NCBI GenBank assembly: GCA_965240325.2
Contig: OZ251238.1
Coordinates: 496,001-560,000 of the forward strand
Direction of reading: 5' to 3'
Length of the DNA stretch: 64,000 nucleotides
DNA from: Rebecca billardiae RCC1528
Lineage: Eukaryota > Protista > Haptophyta
The translations under genes and the position numbers were made by a program. Position 1 is the stretch's first letter. Each line of letters starts with the position of its first letter. This document shows, in pieces, positions 59,605 through 64,000 of this stretch. The notes beneath the pieces were generated by a model that made no database searches, was not told where the DNA came from, and saw nothing but the letters and a program-made list of their open reading frames with translations.

Positions 59605-59647
59605 ACGACGTGGCAGCATCGGACAAGCGTCAGGCTCAAGAGTGCAA
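59497..59647. repeat. ~150-bp palindrome with a (TA)n centre
   Basis: TTGCACTCTGAGCCTGACGCTTGTCCGATGCTGCCACGCCGTTAAA-(TA)n-TTTAACGACGTGGCAGCATCGGACAAGCGTCAGGCTCAAGAGTGCAA. Confidence 0.95.
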
Positions 59648-60060
59648 CAGACACATAGAAATTAGAATGCGTCCGCGCCTTCCGACCAGGTCAGACAGTG
59701 CGCCACCCGCAGCCCTGCCCCCCTACGGGAGCGGGGCCGGGATGGAGCACCGCCTCGGCCTGGGACACGCGGCGGCGACGGCAGATGCCGCCGCGGCCGA
59801 GCGCTCCGATATATATATATTCACTGTGTACACGTAGCTTACATATCATGTGACATGCCGTCAGGCGTCACTGCTGAGTGAGTGAGTGAGTGAGTGCGCC
59901 ATGCGGCCCGGGCCATGCGCACATCCCTCGTCGCCTTGAATGACTTGTTCATGTTGATTGACTCTCTCTCTCTCTGCCGCTCCCTCCGATCTCTCTCGCC
60001 CTCTCTCTAGCTCTCTGCATGACTCTCTGGCTCTTATTCACTACCGCCGCCGTCTAATCG

Positions 60061-61182
60061 TCATCGCCAGCATTGTTCAAAATGACGAGCTGGTGTTTGA
60101 ACAGCAGCCGCCTGGCCCTTGCCCGCCTTGGTTCCACGACCACTGCTGACTCGCGCGTGCTGCTGACTCCGACCCTTCATCAGCTGAGACAGGCTCGTCA
60201 GCTCGGCCGCCATCGCGTCGGAGAGTGCCGTGCCAAAGGCGTAGAAGGCCTCGTCCGGGCCGTTCTCCGCGACGAATCGTGCCCGGTTCGCAGGCGCCCG
60301 TGGGTCGAGCGCGTCTGGGTACCGCGTCCTGAGCGCCTGAAACGTGGCGCCGTCAGTCCCGTAGCCGTGACGCAGTGCGTTGTTGGACACGTGCGGGTAA
60401 GAAGCGGGTAATCCCGCGCCAGCGCGGGGCGAGGGCGGGAGACGCGCGGCGAGGATAGCCAGCTTGACGTTATCCGGCTGCTCGACGTACACGACCGCGT
60501 CGAAGAGCTCGAGCAGGCCCTGCGCCTGCTCAAGCTGCGCCGTCGTCACGCCGCCGACCACCGCCTCCCGCGTCCGCCCGAGCATCGAGCGGACGTAGAA
60601 GTTGGGCCACGCGATCGCACGGAAAGTGGCCCGGTTGGGCGCGGTCGCGTAGACGCTGACGTTATACGCGAGCGCGCAACTCGTGAAGTTTCGGGGAGGC
60701 ATGCACCTGCACTGGCGCCATAGCTCGCGCTCGTACTGGCTCGCCCATCGCTCAAACGGCCGGCGGAGCGAGGCGACGACGGCGGTCACGCGCGTGAGCG
60801 CTGCCGTGATGTGCGGCGGCGGGAAGCTGCGCTCGAAAGCGATCTCGCCCGAACCGTGACCAAGCCGCAGCGCCTCGATGGCCGGCGCGATGCCGTTCGT
60901 CCAGTTCAGGTAGTCGGTGATCGCCCACTTGCCGTCCACGCTTGATGGCACGCCCAGCCGCGCGCGCACCGCGAGGTTCTTCCGGAGTCTGTAGCCCACC
61001 CGCTCCCAGCCCGCGGCGGCGAGGTACTCCTCGAGAGACGAGCCGCCTGCCTTGTGAAAGTGCATGTGCGTGACGCCCAGCACGCGCCGGCCGTCGTCGT
61101 GTGGAAGATGCGCGGCCTGTGCCGCGGCCAGCACAAGGAAGAAGTGCCCGCCGCGAGCGACGGCTGCCGCCACCATCACCAT
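60061..61182 (-). CDS. Sulfotransferase-family protein
   Basis: Signal-like HFFLVLAAAQA, HMHFHKAGGSSL (5'-PSB), SLRRPFERWASQY (3'-PB), NFYVRSMLG and NGPDEAFY. Confidence 0.85.
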   Translation of the reverse strand: MVMVAAAVARGGHFFLVLAAAQAAHLPHDDGRRVLGVTHMHFHKAGGSSLEEYLAAAGWERVGYRLRKNLAVRARLGVPSSVDGKWAITDYLNWTNGIAPAIEALRLGHGSGEIAFERSFPPPHITAALTRVTAVVASLRRPFERWASQYERELWRQCRCMPPRNFTSCALAYNVSVYATAPNRATFRAIAWPNFYVRSMLGRTREAVVGGVTTAQLEQAQGLLELFDAVVYVEQPDNVKLAILAARLPPSPRAGAGLPASYPHVSNNALRHGYGTDGATFQALRTRYPDALDPRAPANRARFVAENGPDEAFYAFGTALSDAMAAELTSLSQLMKGRSQQHARVSSGRGTKAGKGQAAAVQTPARHFEQCWR

Positions 61183-61411
61183 ATTATCCAAGTCCACCCA
61201 GAGGAGGGCTGCCCCCTCGCGCCGGCCGGAGCCGCCACCGCACACGCCGCCCAGCGGCTCGTCGATTGACACGGCGTCACGGCGACCGGGCGTGGGCCCG
61301 TCCGCACGCCGGCGATCGGCCAAGATGCCCGGCCGTCCGGGTCCTTCGCAATCCTTCCTTGATTTCCGGCTTGGTCGGCCGCCGTCGGCGTGTACGGGTT
61401 CGGCGTGTACG

Positions 61412-62021
61412 ATGGCCGACGCGCTCGACCTCGCGGCGTACGTTGGCAGTACGTGCACAGCAGCACGGCGTGCGTTCCGCCATCCGTGCGCGCCCACGCC
61501 CACCTTCCCGCTCGCGCGCATTCCCCGCGCCGCTGTCACTCAGGATCAATCCACGTCGTGACATGTGACGGTCGCAACATCATTGTGCGCGCGCGCGCAC
61601 CTGCGCGGCATCTCGGTGCAAGTGCCTGTCCACTGGTTCACGCGTTACCTACGCTCGCGCCGAGATGTGTGCGCAGGGTAATCTGAAGGGCTTCGATCAG
61701 AAGACGAACATCATCCTCGACGAATGCCACGAGCGCGTCTTCTCGCCCGACAACCCGGTCGAGCAGGTGCCGCTGGGGTTGTACGTGGTACGCGGGGACA
61801 ACATGTGCGCGCAGCGCACGACCGCGCCGCGCCCCGAGCCCGCGTCGTGTCGCCTCACCTCGCTTGGCGCTGTATGGGCCGCGCTGACATCGCGTACGCC
61901 CGCTCTGCGTCGCGTGCCCTTCGGTCGCAGTGCGATCATCGGCGAGATCGACGAGGCGGCGGATGCGGAGCTGGACCTCAGCGCAATCAGAGCGGAGCCA
62001 CTTGCCGCCGTGGTGCATTAG
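61412..62021 (+). CDS. LSM8: U6 snRNA-associated Sm-like protein LSm8; exons 61412-61448, 61544-61584, 61677-61804, 61931-62021
   Basis: Spliced product MADALDLAAYVGRSIHVVTCDGRNIIGNLKGFDQKTNIILDECHERVFSPDNPVEQVPLGLYVVRGDNIAIIGEIDE...RAEPLAAVVH. Confidence 0.95.
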
Positions 62022-62241
62022 TCGCAGTTAGCTGGCAACCAGCATTCGGAATCAGGGCTGCGGTCACACTCTGAGAAGTATCAAGCCGCTGATGATGTGG
62101 CCGGCGCTACTGAAATAAGGCTTCCGAATCATAGCGGCGGCGCGGGCGCGCCGCTGACGGCTCGGATGGCCAGTCGACGCGGGGCGGGGCCGTGCGCCAT
62201 CAGCGCATACGTACGAGTACTAGACGAGATTGAAGCCTCAG

Positions 62242-62479
<238 letters not shown>

Positions 62480-62638
62480 GTCGTCATATACGCGCGACCT
62501 CGTCAATATAATAATCGTAGTCGACGATCATCAATAATGGCTCCGCGGGCCAGTCAGTCTGAGTCAGCACGCGATCGCATCATCAGCAACTCATAGTCCG
62601 ATATATTATTAGCGTAGGCTGCGCAGCCAGTGTCATCA

Positions 62639-64000
62639 CTACGTCATCGCCCGCCCCCGCCGATACTCTGACGACTCATCTGTAGTGATGGCGAGGGCAG
62701 CGAGCTCATGGCACACATGGCAGACGCTGGCCATCACGGTGTGGCACAGCGCACCGGCGCGCAGCTGAAACGACGGGCGGCTGTGCAAGGCCGCCACCGA
62801 AGCTGCAGCCGCCGAGCCACCGCCATCGCCGCCGCTGCTCCCGCCGCTCAGCCCGGTGACGAGGAGCACCCCTGCTTGCTCGGCGCCACTGCCTGCAGCC
62901 GTGACGCTCGCGCAGACCGGAGCCGGCACAGCGACAGCGCGTGGCCGGCCACTGGGGTGTCGCTTGGTGCCTATCTTGCGCAGCTCGGCCCACAGCGCGC
63001 GCAGGCTGCCGTGTGACGCATCGGGCCTGGCGGTGATCAGTGTGCGAGCCACGGCAGCTGCCGTGCGTAGTCGCGCGGCCGCTGGTCCTGTGCACACCGC
63101 GTCGGCATCTGCCTGGGCACCGCAGCCAGAGATGCCGACGAGGCTGGGGGCGGCAGCGCACACTGCGCACGGCTCACTCAGCAGCACGTGTGGCTTGCGT
63201 GCCGCGTTCGGCACGGGGGCGAGCACGAGCGCGTGCTCCTCGAGGTAGAGCCCCCCGTGAAAAGTCACGGCGAGCAGGCCGAGCAGCGCCGCGCGCGAGA
63301 GCGGCGGCGGCCGCGGTGCGCCGCTGGCCGTCGCGGCCGGGGATGCACTGAGCTCGAAGCCGCTGCTCGCATGAGCACCGTCCGCCGTGCCCAAAGGCCC
63401 TGGCACTCCGCGCAGCAGCGCGTCCGCACTCGCGACGCGGACGTCATACCCGACCTCCTGCAGCAGCCGCACGGACGGCGGCAGCTGCACGCCGGCCGCG
63501 GTGTGCAGCCACACGGTCGCGAGCGGGTATTGCCTGAGGGCGGCCTCGACCGCCTTGGCTCGCACCATGCGCGCGAGCGGGCTGGGCGCGGGGTGCAGCC
63601 AGACAAAGTGGACAGCCATGGGCTCGGCTGCGCATACGGCGGCGTCGCTGCCACCGCCATCGGCGCCGGTGGACTCCGCCGCCGCAGCCGGGTCGGCTGC
63701 CCGCCGCTCGCGCGCAGTGCAGGCGGCGCGTGCGACCCGCGGCATCCTACCGTGCGTGCGCACGAGCGCACTCACCTGCGGCGTGGCCGGGTTGAGGACG
63801 AGTGCCGCCCACTGCGTCGTGCGCATGCGATGCCAGCCGTGCACGTCCTTCGGGCCGCGCGGCAGCTTCCACCAGTCCGCGCCCACAAGCCGCGTCGCGT
63901 CCCGCGGCGTGTGGAAGAAGTCGACCATCCCGCTCAGCCTCGAGCCGCGCCCACCGCCAGGCAGCTCCTTCTGTCGCGACGGCACGAACACGACGCGCGC
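62639..64000 (-). CDS. 3' part of a second pyruvyltransferase/GT32-like fusion (paralog of 25766-28338; 5' end outside the window)
   Basis: ARVVFVP..LPGGGRG.R.SGM.DFFH, RMRTTQWAAL, VHFVWL, KAVEAAL, HGGLYLEE and CHTVMASVCHVCHE are co-linear with the paralog. Confidence 0.85.
   Translation of the reverse strand, partial: ARVVFVPSRQKELPGGGRGSRLSGMVDFFHTPRDATRLVGADWWKLPRGPKDVHGWHRMRTTQWAALVLNPATPQVSALVRTHGRMPRVARAACTARERRAADPAAAAESTGADGGGSDAAVCAAEPMAVHFVWLHPAPSPLARMVRAKAVEAALRQYPLATVWLHTAAGVQLPPSVRLLQEVGYDVRVASADALLRGVPGPLGTADGAHASSGFELSASPAATASGAPRPPPLSRAALLGLLAVTFHGGLYLEEHALVLAPVPNAARKPHVLLSEPCAVCAAAPSLVGISGCGAQADADAVCTGPAAARLRTAAAVARTLITARPDASHGSLRALWAELRKIGTKRHPSGRPRAVAVPAPVCASVTAAGSGAEQAGVLLVTGLSGGSSGGDGGGSAAAASVAALHSRPSFQLRAGALCHTVMASVCHVCHELAALAITTDESSEYRRGRAMT

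Overview
High-GC eukaryotic nuclear DNA. Short spliceosomal introns (mostly GTGCGC...GCAG) and a four-exon LSM8 gene establish this; the overall style suggests an alga such as a Pavlovales-type haptophyte, which is inference only. Most ORFs in the six-frame track are GC-driven shadows. The supportable genes are two small divergent hypothetical genes, a NACHT/STAND-ankyrin protein, an EsV-1-7 Cys/His repeat protein and LSM8. There is also a strong concentration of secretory-pathway glycan-modifying genes: a GT77-like nucleotide-diphospho-sugar transferase, three sulfotransferases, a GT10 fucosyltransferase, two polysaccharide-pyruvyltransferase/GT32-like fusions and two paralogous His-rich putative secreted metalloenzymes. 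Roughly half the window is DNA transposon material. It includes an 8.5-kb CACTA-ended foldback element with ~3.5-kb inverted arms built from palindrome arrays, a TAA-flanked TIR element carrying a decayed XPG/EXO1-type nuclease, and two P/Galileo-like foldback elements with 7-bp TSDs. It also includes pogo-like and hAT-like relics and a nested set of elements sitting in (TA)n microsatellites. No rRNA, tRNA or CRISPR array is supported.
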